Shown here in pieces: positions 13,153 to 25,401 of a DNA stretch of 64,000 nucleotides. Position numbers and translations under genes: made by a program. The first letter of the stretch is position 1. Each line of letters starts with the position of its first letter. This DNA comes from Eledone cirrhosa (Eukaryota), in assembly GCA_964016885.1 (NCBI GenBank), contig OZ024743.1:172980001-173044000 (forward strand). Reading direction: 5' to 3'. Below the pieces are notes generated by a model that saw only the letters and a list, made by a program, of their open reading frames with translations, did no database searches and was not told the origin of the DNA.

Positions 13153-13844
13153 TGTATGTATGTTTGTATATGTGTATATATATGTATGTTGGGTCACTCT
13201 TGAGTGCTACTGGTAACATGTAACCCAGCACAACCTGTCGCATGGTTGGGTTGTTGGGGACTAAACCGGCAACCTCACCACTTGATGAGGAGGGTGATTT
13301 TGGACACCCTGCAGGACAAAAAACAAAACCTGACAAAGGGCAGAAGAACTCATAAAAGTCGATAGCCATCCAAAAATGTGTAAATATGTATATTATAGGG
13401 AGTTCATAGATCGGACAATACACTGTTTTTCGTGGGGGTAAGTTTTTATTAATTTTCGTATTCTGAAAGATCAAAATACAACAAAATTTTTGCTCATTGG
13501 ACTTCGGGGAAATGTTCTGACAAAAGCTGAGGAAGGTACAGAAATATTCCATATATTTTTCCAGGGCAATCTCTATTTAAATTTTACATTTTACGTTTAT
13601 TTTTCTCCCATTGCAAAATGTCCATAAATTCAAATTTTGAAAAGAGAGGAAAAGGGACAAGTGAACTATGAATTTGATACATCTCACCATCACAATAACG
13701 TCTACACTCGCTCCCCACCACCACCACATAAGTCATTACCCTATCTATACTAAGGTGTCTGACCTGTTGACAAACTCCTTCTCTGTGTTGAATGTGTGTG
13801 TGTATATATATATATATGTATGTGTGTGTATATATGTATATATG

Positions 13845-14145
13845 ATGTGTTGTTTCCTTGAGCAAGGCACTTTATGTCACATTGCTCCAGTTTACTCAGC
13901 TGTAGAAATGAGATGATAGGGACTGGGGTCCCTATCATTCCACTGCAAAGTGGAGGTGCCACGGCAAAAAAGCACCCAGCCCACACTGTAAAGTGGACGT
14001 GTAGGCGCCACGGAAAAAAAGGCACCCAGCACTCACTGTAAATGAGGTTGGTGTTACGAAGGGCATCCAGCTGTAAAAATCAAGCCAGAATCAGTTCCCG
14101 TCCCACCCTTGCAAGCAGGGAAAATCGGACGTAAAATGATGATGA
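13845..14145 (+). mobile_element. 5'-truncated SINE with RTE-derived tail
   Basis: Body gtttccttgagcaaggcacttt..., GAAGGGCATCC motif and RTE-type (GAT)n end; near copy at 18430-18708. Confidence 0.75.
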
Positions 14146-14288
14146 TATTTTGATCTCAGTCAATGCGACCAGATTTCAACACAGCAGCTACAACAACATA
14201 TGTATATATATATATATATGTATGTATATATATATATTATCACTGACCTGTTGCTAAACTCATTTCTGTGTTGAATGTGTGTGTGTAC

Positions 14289-14346
<58 letters not shown>

Positions 14347-14365
14347 ATATATAAATATATATATT

Positions 14366-15416
14366 TGGGATCACAGGTAAGCTAACTAAGAACATAGATT
14401 TTATATGTGGCCGGTGCTCTGGAGCAATAAGTAGCAGCAAGTGCCCACAGAATACTAGCTCATTCCATTGCACAGATGGTTCTATAGAAATAGTGGACAC
14501 CTTCCGTTACTTGGGTGACAAAATCAGCAGTGGTGGAGGGTGCTCTGAAAGCTAGAGTCAGAACGGGATAGAAAAAGTTCAGAGACTTTATACCACTATT
14601 AGCCGCTAAAGGGTTCTCTCTAAAAATGAAAGGCAGGCTGTATGATGCCTGCATACGAACAGCAATGTTACATGGCAGTGAGACCTGGGCATTGTGTGCA
14701 GAGGATATACGCAGACTGGAGAGGAACGAAGCTTGCATGCTCCGCTGGATGTGTAATAGTAATATACGTGAATGGCAAAGCATAAACGAACTAAGGGAAA
14801 AATTAGAAATAAGAGGGATCAGATGTTGTTTACTTGAGAGAAGACTACGTTGGTATGCTCACGTGATGCGCATGAAAGACGACAGCTATATAAAAAAGTG
14901 CAGGGCAATAAAAATAGACGGTAGCCACGGAGTAGGCAGACCCAGAAAAACCTGTGTCGACTTGATACATTCCGACCTCACACACTTACACCTCTCCAAG
15001 ACAATGTCACTGGACCGAGATCTTTGGCGCTACACAGTAATACAGAAGACCCGCCTTACCTAAGTACAAAGTGAAACCTACTACAGTCAGTAGGCACCTC
15101 TAACAAAATACACCCCATCCCACTACCCCCACCCCTTTCAATGTAAAGTTATGTTGGTACCACAACATCCAGCCCAAAACAAATGAGGTCGTGTAGGTGT
15201 CACGACAAAAAAACACACAGTCTACGCTGTAATGTGGCCGTGTAGGTAACACGGTAAAAACCTCCCAGTCCACACTGTAAATGTGGTTGGTGTTAGGAAG
15301 GGCATCCAGCCGTAGAAAACCCGCCAGCAAGCAAGACAACCACTCTTGCCTCAAGTGGGAAAACTCCCGTCCAAACCCATGCAAGCGTGGAAGATGGACG
15401 TTAAACGATGATGATC
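14366..15416 (+). mobile_element. RTE family A 3' fragment
   Basis: ORF 14626-15063 nearly identical to the C-terminus of 1304-3460, plus 3'UTR and GAT tail. Confidence 0.9.
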
Positions 15417-15671
15417 ATATATATAAACAAGTAAATTATAAACGTAAACATGTAAGTATGGTTTTGAAACGGTACGCGAGTTTGAAATTAGGAATTATAA
15501 GCTTTCTTTTTCCATTTCTCTGAGGGTTATAAACCCCACTATCAGGCTAGAAATTTCTTTAGTCTAAAATACAGTGAAAGCTTATAATTTCTAAATATAT
15601 ATATATATATATCTCAGTCGATGCGACCAGATTTCAGCAACAACAACAACAACACCATTGTCTGTGTTGAA

Positions 15672-15712
<41 letters not shown>

Positions 15713-15838
15713 GTGTATAATGGTAGCTATGATGCTTCCATAGTCGGTATGCCAAAATTAGCACTCAATCAGCAGAGTAGAGTGTAGATAGTATAAAGAA
15801 AACGAAAAATCAGTGATCCGTCTGGACTTAATTTATTG

Positions 15839-15929
15839 CGTGTTACAAATGTTTCGCCGGCAGGTAGCTCAAGACATGGTTCTTGTATGGATCTGGCTCA
15901 TTCTACTTCTACGGGTTCTTTCAGACACG
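15839..15929 (-). ncRNA. Type I hammerhead-like motif with extended helix II
   Basis: Minus: CGUGU-CUGAAAGA-(long helix II)-GAAA-CAUUUG-UA^-ACACG, then AAUAAA; 1-nt insertion in core. Confidence 0.6.
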
Positions 15930-16796
15930 GGTGTTTCGTCTGGAGCAAATTTTATCACTGGGGTGTTATCATCAAAAAAACACCTTCAAAAAACCTTACT
16001 TCCACTCTTGTCATGCCATTGGCTGTTTTTACTCCATGTCATAACAAATTTCTGGTCAGTATCTGCTGCCACACGGGTCATCAGCCATTTTCCGTCCGAC
16101 ACATTTCGATGGAGTCATGCTGGGTTCAGTATTTCACGTGTCTGTTCACACTTCAGAGTAAGCACCCACACATACTAAAATACACATATAAACACACACA
16201 TATTTATGCATACAACGTACGCCTACATGCGCAGACACACACACCCCCACATACATACATAAAAGTATATATACACACACCCTCTCTCCCTCACTTCCAC
16301 GGACCCAGTCACACCCACTTGTTGATACATATCGCCACAGGCCTTATGACAGCTGCTTAATTCGCGCCCTGTATCAGTTGGGCTAAGCATGGCCTACTCA
16401 AACATACATATAAATACATACATACGCCCAACCTTATATACATTTTTTTAAATATATATATATATATACACACTCGTACCCACACATATATACATACACA
16501 TACATCCATATACACACACATGTTGGGATAAGCATGGCCTACTCAAACATACACATATATACATACATATGCGCGCACACATACATACGCCCAATTTTAT
16601 ATACATTTATATATATATATACACGTACCCACACATATATACATACACGCACACACATACACATATATCCATATACATACACATATATATGCACATACAT
16701 ACACATATATATCCACACATATACATACATACATACACACATATGGCTAGAACTAACGTGGTGAAGATAGCGCACACTGGCCATCAACAGCGGCAA

Positions 16797-17430
16797 CAGA
16801 GTGACCGTATCTCGGAGCGCGGAGAACCACCCAGGGACCTGCCCTCAAATGACAACCTGGCCCCCGAGGCGACCAGAGCGCCTGCGGAGGGCGATATGGT
16901 CCAACACCGAGAGGGAAATAGTGGCATGGGGGAGACAACAGTGTCGGCGGTACAACACCCTGAGAACCTTGAGAGGGCCATAACAGATCGGGGCCCGGAC
17001 ATCGGACGCACAAGAATTGACAGCAGAACCTGCAACTACAGAGCGGGTGCCCCCTACAGGGAAAATGCTTGATGAAAGACTTAATATACAAGTGTGTGGT
17101 TACAACCCAAAACGCGCATCGAACCTACATCGGCGCAACATCCACGACCTTTAAATCGCGGATGTATAATCACACAAATTCCTTCTGGGACCGTAGCAAA
17201 AGGCACTCTACTAGGTTAGCGGACTTCGTGTGGGACCTGAAAGACCACGGCACTCCGTACGCCCTGGAATGGAGTATTGTTCCCCACACGAGGGCATATT
17301 CGGCCGGAAGTAGAAAGTGCCGATTGTGCCTACACGAGGCCATGGAAAGTCAGACTGAAAGATGACGCCATCAACCTCAAGTCTGAAATTATCATGACAT
17401 GCAGATACTAGAGAAGATGCACATTTGCAG
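16797..17430 (+). mobile_element. Penelope-like (Naiad-type) GIY-YIG endonuclease fragment
   Basis: LIYKC...TYIGAT..FKSR..NH, KCRLCLHE, INLKSEIIMTCR; frameshifted. Confidence 0.85.
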
Positions 17431-17811
17431 CATGGAATCCGCCGGGTGACGCAGGCAAGGGGCATGGGAACGAGTACACACAGACTCGATTGGCCCAACG
17501 GGATTAGGGGACCTGATGCCATGCCATGATGACGGTGTCCGACCCGTGAGGCAATCATATGTAAACCAGGCTCGCACTTGACCAGGCACACAACATTGGA
17601 AGATACACCGCATGGGCCGGGACCGGCTGACACGGGGCCCGTGCCGCCCTGTCCTGTGACCTAAACATAGAACAGCACACCCCAGACACGGTGCCATGCC
17701 CCATGGCGACCAGGACGGGCGTCACATTGAATGTGTACCTCGTCAATTGTGAATATATACTCTCCACCTGTTCCACTTTGGAACAGTGATTATTACTATC
17801 ATTATTGTTCT

Positions 17812-17915
17812 GTGCCGAGGTTAACTTTGCCTTTCATCCATACGGGGTCGATAAAATAAAGTACCAGTAATGTACTGGGTAATTGCTGGCCTTGTGCCAA
17901 AAGTAGAAACAATTA
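17812..17915 (+). mobile_element. SINE 3' fragment (family of 18848-19037)
   Basis: gccgaggttaactttgcctttcatcc...gtcgataaaataaagtaccagt matches 18848-19037. Confidence 0.75.
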
Positions 17916-18429
17916 TTGTTCTGTTACTGTTACCTGTTCTACACACGGACACAAGTTTGCATCTCATAATACCTGTGTGTAGTATATCACATGGGCACAC
18001 GCACCTTCTCCTGTACCCCCCCCCCCCCGTTTTTTTATTTTACCCGTTCCTTTATTTTACCCCTTTTTTTCTTGTACCTATTTATGCAGTTACATACAGA
18101 TTTTAATGTACCCTAAAATATTGTTTATCATGTAAATTATTTTATTATCATGTGTTTATATTCGCGTGTTTTTATGTGTGGACCTGTGCGTAGGTATATG
18201 TACGTGTGTGTAGATGCGTATGTATGTATATATATATACGTTGGTGGGTGCTGGGGTGTGTGTATGTGCAGACATATGCATGTATGTACATATGTGGCGG
18301 AATGTGGGTGTATGTGTGTATATGTATATATATATGAATATATATATATATCTATGTCTATGTATGTGTGAGTATGTACGTATAGCCAGGTATGAGTAGG
18401 TGTGTGTGTATATATATATAATTCTCAGA

Positions 18430-18708
18430 CCGGGTGATGTGTTGTTTCCTTGAGCAAGGCACTTTATTTCACATTGCTCCAGTTTACTCAGCTGTAGAAA
18501 TGAGATGATAGGGGCAGGGGTCCCTATCATTCCACTGCAAAGTGGTCGTGGAGGTGCCACGGCAAAAAAGCACCCAGCACTCACTGTAAATGAGGTTGGT
18601 GTTAGGAAGGGCATCCAGCTGTAGAAATCAAGCCAGAATCAGTTCCCGTCCCACCCTTGCAAGCAGGGAAAAGTGGACGTAAAATGAAATGATGATGATG
18701 ATGATGAT
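18430..18708 (+). mobile_element. 5'-truncated SINE with RTE-derived tail
   Basis: Near copy of 13845-14145; (GAT)n tail. Confidence 0.75.
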
Positions 18709-18847
18709 GTATGTGCGGGTGCATGCATATGCGGGCCTCTATATGTGTATTTGTGCATACATGTATGTGTTTATGTGCATCTCATAGGAATGTGTGCGGA
18801 TGATTATATATGGAATATATATGCTTATTATTATTATTATTATTCTT

Positions 18848-19037
18848 GGTGGTGGTTTGGCAGTATCGGTAGAGGGTCGGACAACATGCTTTGTAGCACA
18901 GAGTTACGCCCCTTTCTGATCTGAGTTCAAATCCTGCCGAGGTTAACTTTGCCTTTCATCCTTACAGGGTCGATAAAATAAAGTACCAGTAATGCACTGG
19001 GTAATTGCTGGCCTTGTGCCAAAAGTAGAAACAATTA
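18848..19037 (+). mobile_element. tRNA-derived SINE
   Basis: A box TGGCAGTATCGG, B box GAGTTCAAATCC, central GCCTTTCATCC..GGTCGATAAAA domain, (TTA)n tail. Confidence 0.8.
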
Positions 19038-19115
19038 TTACTATTATTCTTGTTGTATTACTTTATCACATATCCTTTATATATATCCGTATATATATGT
19101 ATGAATCTGTGTACA

Positions 19116-19146
<31 letters not shown>

Positions 19147-19169
19147 GTATATGGGGAGAGAGAGAGAGA

Positions 19170-20229
19170 TATCATCATCATCAGGTTTAGCGTCCGTGTT
19201 CCACGCTTGCATGGGTTTGGACGGGGGTTTTCCCACTTGAGGCAAGAGTGGTTGTCTTGCTCGCATAGGACTGTCTGGCGGGTTTTCTACAGCTGGATGC
19301 CCTTCCTAACACCAACCACATTTACAGTGTGGGGCTGGGAGGTTTTTACCGTGTTGCCTACACGGCCACATTACAGCGTGGACTTTCTGGCGGGTATTTT
19401 ACAGCTGGATGCCCTTCCTAACACCAACCACATTTTCAGTGTGGGGCTGGGAGGTTTTTACCGTGTTGCCTACACGGCCACATTTTCAGCGTGGACTGTG
19501 TGTTTTTTTGTCGATCTCATTTTTTTACACGATCTCATTTGTTTCGGCCTGGATGTTGTGGTACCAACATAATTTTACATTGAAAGGGGCGGTGTGGATG
19601 GGGTGGAGGTGGGGGGACGGGGGTGTGTTTTGATAGAGATGCTTACTGACTGTAGTAGGTTTTTACTTTGTATTTAGGTAAGGCGGGTCTTCTCTATTAC
19701 TGAGTACCGCCAAAGGTCTCGGTCCAGTGACATTGTCTTGGAGAGGTGTAAGCGTGTGAGGTCGGAATTTATCATGTCCCAGGTTTTTCTGGGTCTGCCT
19801 ACTCCGTGGCTACCGTCTATCTTTATTGCCCTGCACTTTGTTATACAGCTGTCGTCTTTCATGCGCATCACGTGACCGTACCAACGTAGCCTTCTCTCGA
19901 GTAAACAACATCTGATCCCTCTTATTTCTAATTTTTTCCTTAGTTCGTTTATGCTTAGCCGTTCATGTATATTACTATTGCACATCCAGCGGAGCATGCA
20001 AGCTTCGTTCCTCTCTAGTCTGCGTATATCCTCTGCACACAATGCCCAGGTCTCACTGCCATGCAGCATTGCTGTTCGTATGCAGGCATCGTATAACCTG
20101 CCTTTCATTTTTAGGGAGAACCCTCTAGCGGCTAATAGTGGTATAAGCTCTCTGAACTTTTTCCATCCAGTTCTGACTCTAGCTACTGTACTTTCAAAGC
20201 ACCCTCCCCCACTGCTGATTTTGTCACCC
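19170..20229 (-). mobile_element. RTE family A 3' fragment
   Basis: ORF 19674-20231 matches the RTE C-terminus; 3'UTR has a duplicated ~110-bp block. Confidence 0.9.
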
Positions 20230-20747
20230 ATATATATATATCATATTGTATATTATATTACATTGTATATTTTTTATGTTACGGTAATTTACCGTTATTT
20301 TATGGTATATTGTTTTTTTATTGCATATATATTGTTTTTTTATTGCATATATATTGTTTATTGTATTTTTAACTTTTAATTTACGGTTTTGTTTATATAT
20401 GTATATGTGGAAGCACATGTGTGTGTCGGCAGATATGCATATGTGCAGGTGTATGCATGTGGCAACACGTGTGCATATGCATGTGTAGATGTATGTATAT
20501 CGGCATATGCGTAGGTATATGTATGTATATATGTGGATGTGCGTATGCATGTTAAATTGTCGTTTTTGTGTGTGTATATATATATATATATATTTATATA
20601 TATGTGTGTGTGTGTGTATGTAATGTTTGTGGCCGTATGTGTATTTGTATGTATGTGTGGGCATGTGTGAGTATATATATATGTGTGTATATATATGTGT
20701 TTACATGTGTGTGTATATGGATGTATGTGTATGTATATATGCGTGGC

Positions 20748-21236
20748 GAACAATACTCCATTCCAGGGCGTACGGAGTGCCGTGGTCTTTCAGGTCCCAC
20801 ACGAAGTCCGCTAACCTAGTAGAGTGCCTTTTGCTACGGTCCCAGAAGGAATTCGTGTGATTATACATCCGCGATTTAAAGGTTGTGGATGTTGCGCCGA
20901 TGTAGGTTCGATGCGCGTTTTGGGTTGTAACCACACACTTGTATATTAAGTCTTTCATCAAGCATTTTCCCTGTAGGAGCACCAGGTGCCCGCTCTGCAG
21001 TTGCAGTTTCTGCTGTCAATTCTTGTGCGTCCGATGTCCGGGCCCCGATCTGTTATGGCCCTCTCAAGGTTCTCAGCGTGTTGTACCGCCGACACTGTTG
21101 TCTCCCTCATGCCACTATTTCCCTCTCGGTGTTGGACCATATCGCCCTCCGCAGGCGCTCTGGTCGCCTCGGGGGCCAGGTTGTCATTTGAGGGCAGGTC
21201 CCTGGGTGGTTCTCCGTGCTCCGAGATACGGTCACT
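20748..21236 (-). mobile_element. Penelope-like (Naiad-type) endonuclease fragment, inverted copy of 16797-17283
   Basis: NCNCRAG..C..QGKCLMKDLIYKC...TYIGAT; near-identical to the + copy. Confidence 0.85.
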
Positions 21237-22079
21237 CTGTCACCACGGTTAGTTTTAGCCATATGTGTGTATGTATGTATATGCGTGTATATAGACGTGT
21301 ATGTATATGGATGTATGTATATATGTGTGGGTATGAATGTGTATATATATATGAATGTATATAAAGTTGGGCGTATGTATGTGTGCGCGCGTATGTATGT
21401 ATATATGTGTATGTTTGAGTAGGCCATGCTTATCCCAACTGATACAGGGCGCGAAGTAAGCAGCCGTCATAAGGCTTGTATCAACAAGTGGGTGTGACTG
21501 GGTCCGTGGAAGTGAGGGAGAGAGGGTGTGTGTATATATACTTTTATGTATGTATGTGGGCGTGTGTGTGTCTGCGCATGTAGGTGTGCGTGTGTATGCA
21601 TAAATATGTATGTGTCTGCATGTGTGTGTGTTTATGTGTGTATTTTAGTATGTGTGGGTGCTTACTCTGAAGTGTGAACAGACATGTGAAATACTGAACC
21701 CAGCATGACTCCATTGAAATGTGTCGGACGGAAAATGGCTGATGAACCGTGTGGCAGCAAATACTGACCAGAACTTGTTATGACGTGGAGTAAAAACAGC
21801 CAATGGCATGACTAAATAACCTCTTCTTGGCATGGGGCAGCGCATTGCTGGTACCTTGTTTAGGGCCCGGAGCATGGAGGGCCGTTGCTCTATGCGGTAA
21901 AGCAAATAATTATTATTATTATATAAAAACTGAACTGTAAAAGTCAACAGTTGATATGATCTTGTATCAGTACTGATGGTAATATATGTATGTGTGTGTG
22001 GCGTGTGTTTGTATGCATGTGTGTGTGCCGTGAGTGTCAATAAGTGGTGTTTTTTTTTTGTTTTTTTTTATGAGCATGC

Positions 22080-25000
22080 TGTAAAATGGAGGGGTAGAGA
22101 GGGCCCATGAGTCTAGTAAGACATCCTCTCTAGTGCTGGTGGCACGAATAAAAGCACCCAGTCCATGCTGTAAAGTGCCACTGGTGTTATGAAGGGCATC
22201 CAACCAGTGTATCAATGCCAAAACATAAGCAGAGCAACAAGTATATAGGAACAACAAAAATATGAAGACGTCGCATCTGAGTTGCAACACTTAATGTTGG
22301 CACTCTCACAGGTAGATCTGGTGAAATAGTGGAGATGCTGGAGAGAAGGCATGTGGATGTGTGCTGCATGCAAGAGGTGAGATGGAGGGGTGCCTCTGCG
22401 AGACTAGTCGCAGGCAAACATCTTAGCTATAAGCTTTTCTGGGTAGGTAAGGATGATGGGTTAGTGAGAGTAGGCATTTTCCTGGCTGAGAGATGGATCA
22501 ATAAGACAATAGAGGTAGTTCGAGTTAATAATCGAATAATTAAGCTTAGATTAGTTGTAGGCAGGAGACTACTGACAATCATCTCTGCCTATGCTCCCCA
22601 AGCATGCCTAGGCAAAGAAGAGAACTGTTTTTATGAACAACTTTTACAAACAGCCGCAATGACAGAGGACGGAGACATCGTTATGCTAGCAGGGGACTTC
22701 AATGGTCATGTTGGACAGCTCCAGGATGGTTACACTGGGGTACATGGTGGGCACGGTTACGGCTCAAGAAATGAAGAAGTGAGACTTCTTGAATTTTGTG
22801 ATGCAAGTACACTGACTTTTGCAACACTAACTTCCAGAAACCTGCCAACCACCTAATAACCTACAAATCAGGCGAGCACATAAGCCAGATTGACTTCTTA
22901 CTAGTTAGGCAGATGGTGTCAATTACCAAGGCATACCCAGGGAAGAAGTGTACCCACAGCATAGGTTAGTCGTTAGTGATATCTCAGTAAGCAAGAGATG
23001 GAATGAGACATGCAGGAAGGTGTGGAGAAGAAAGGTCTGGAAGCTAAAAAAACCTTTCACTAAAATACAAATTTAGGAAAGCTCTTCAAGATGTGTATGA
23101 CAAAAAAAGAAGACGATTTAGAGTCGTATGACATAGATAGTAACTGGAATTTCTTACGTGACAACTTATTGCAGGCTACTGATGAAACTTGTGGCTGGAA
23201 CAGAGCTCCAACCAGACAGAGAGTGACCTGGTGGTGGAACAGCACAGAAGATAGGGCCATTAGATACAAAAGACTAGCATGGAAGGCTTGGAAAAAGGGT
23301 GGGAGTAGAGAAGGATATACCGCCGCTAAGAGAGAAGCTAAACGTCAGGTGTACTTAGCACGTAGGGAAGCTGAGAGTAGGAGGTTTGCCAATGTTCTGC
23401 GATGGGAAGATCAGAGGCTTGCGTTATTCCACATTGCAAGGCAGTGTCTCAATGCAAATCAGGATGTTGTTGGGGATAAATGTGTCCGGAATGATGCTGG
23501 TGTACTTAGTGTCTCGAATGATCAGAAAAAGGAGGCCTAGAAATGTCAATCAGCGAGACTGATAAATGTGGAGAACGAATGGGAGAGAGAGATATTACCC
23601 TCAGTAGATCCAACAGAGGGACCAGCTATTGAGATTGATGAATATAGTGTCCAAGAGGCGATTAAGGAAATGAAAATTGGTAAGGCTGCTGGACCGTCGG
23701 GGATAGTTGCTGAGATGCTGAAGGCATCAGGGGACGTAGGCACTAAACTGGTTGCACGCATCATCAATCAGGCTATATATGGTGGTGTCATATCCAAAGA
23801 CTGGTGCAGCAGTATTCTCATAAATTGCTACAAAGGTAAAGGGGATGCTCTGGAGAGGAGCAATTATAGGGTTATAAAACTGATGGATCAGGCTATGAAA
23901 GTGACAGAAAGGATATTAGCACAACTAATTAGAGGAAGGGTGAAACTAGATGAGATGCAGTTTAGTTTTGTGCCTGGGAAAAATACAACAGATGCCCTAT
24001 TCTTGGTGAGACAATTACAAGAGAGGTTCTTAGAGAAGAATAAGCCACTATACTTAGCTTTTGTTGACCTAGACACGACTTTTGATAGGGTACCCCGTTC
24101 TGTCATCTGGTGGTCCCTAAGGAAACAAGGTGTTGAGGAATGGCTTGTGAGGACAGTGCAAACTTTGTACAGAGGTGCTGTCAGTAAAGTGAGGGTAGGA
24201 ATGGAGTTAAGTGAGGAATTCCAGATACAAGTAGGAGTACATCAGGGTTAAGTCCTCAGCCCGCTCTTGTTCATTATAGTCCTCCAAGCCATAACAGAGG
24301 AGTTTAAGACTGGCTGTCCATGGGAACTTCTCTATGCTGACTATTTGGTTCTTATAGCAGAATCAGTAGAGGAGCTAGAGATAAATTCTGGCTATGGAAA
24401 CAGCAGTTGGTATCAAGAGGACTGAGAGTGAACCTAGCTAAGACAAAATAGTTGATGGGTAGAAAAGAGGACAAAACTCTGGGAAATGGTCATGTTCGAT
24501 ATGCAGAAAAGGAACTGGCATAAATTCTATAAAACACACACAATGCAGATCCTGGGTACACAAGAGATGTAGCGGGATAGCAGGCAAACTAACAGGTAGG
24601 GAGAAATATGTATGCAGTAGATGTACAGGGAAATTAGACAGTAGAAGTCGCATTGATAGACTCATTTTTCAAATGCAGGCGGGTGCTATAGAAGTGGTGG
24701 ATAGCTTACGGTACCTAGGAGATCAGATTAGCATGGGAGGGGGGTGTTCCGAGGCCATAGTATCTAGAATAAGGACGGGTTGGAAGAAGTTTAGGGAGCT
24801 GCTGATGAAGAAGGGTTTCTCCCTGCGTACGAAAGGCCGGTTATATGATGCCTGTGTGAAGAGCGCGATGCTGCATGGTAGTGAGACATGGGCAGCAACT
24901 GTAGAGGATAAGCGACGGCTGGAGAGAAATGAGGCAAGCATGCTCCGTTGGATGTGCAATGTCAATGTGTGTGAACGACCCAGCATGGATGTGTTGAGAG

Positions 25001-25283
25001 GGATAGAATGTGTGCGAGAGACGAGACTGCGGTGGTATGGACATGTGAGGCGCATGGAGGATGACCGATGGGTGAAAAAGTGCCAGGAAATGCCAGTAGA
25101 AGGAAGACGTGGTAGAGGTAGACCACGAAAAACATACGCGGAGTTGGTGAGAGCAGACCTCAGATCGCTGAAGCTCACGGTGGAGATGACGAAACATCGT
25201 GACAAGTGGAGAGATGCTGTGCTGAATAAGACCCGTCCTACCCTTGCAAGCAGGAAAAAGCGGGCGTAAAATGATGATGGTGA
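22080..25283 (+). mobile_element. Near full-length degenerate RTE LINE (family B; APE + RT + PHD)
   Basis: LRVATLNVG, CMQEVRW, IISAYAPQ, AGDFNGHVG, RT blocks, C-terminal KTRPTLASRKKRA*, immediate GAT tail. Confidence 0.92.
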
Positions 25284-25401
25284 TACACATACGTATGTAT
25301 ATACACGGGGACATAGAAATAGTTGGGCTGGATACCCGATCGCGCAGTCAAACCACTGGAAGTGAAGAACCCCTAGCCTTTGTCAAGGCATTCTTCTAAG
25401 A

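Noticed and set aside
13190-13800. Unique-looking segments checked for RBX1 exons 1-2
   Set aside because: No WAWD/CAIC-encoding sequence with splice sites found; likely TE remnants
16030-16090. CTGATGA...GAAA on minus (and homolog at 21739)
   Set aside because: No pairable helix I or II, and GAAA is not conserved in the second copy
22100-22260. HDV-like ribozyme at the RTE 5' end
   Set aside because: I could not build the nested double pseudoknot by eye; needs an RNAMotif/Infernal search
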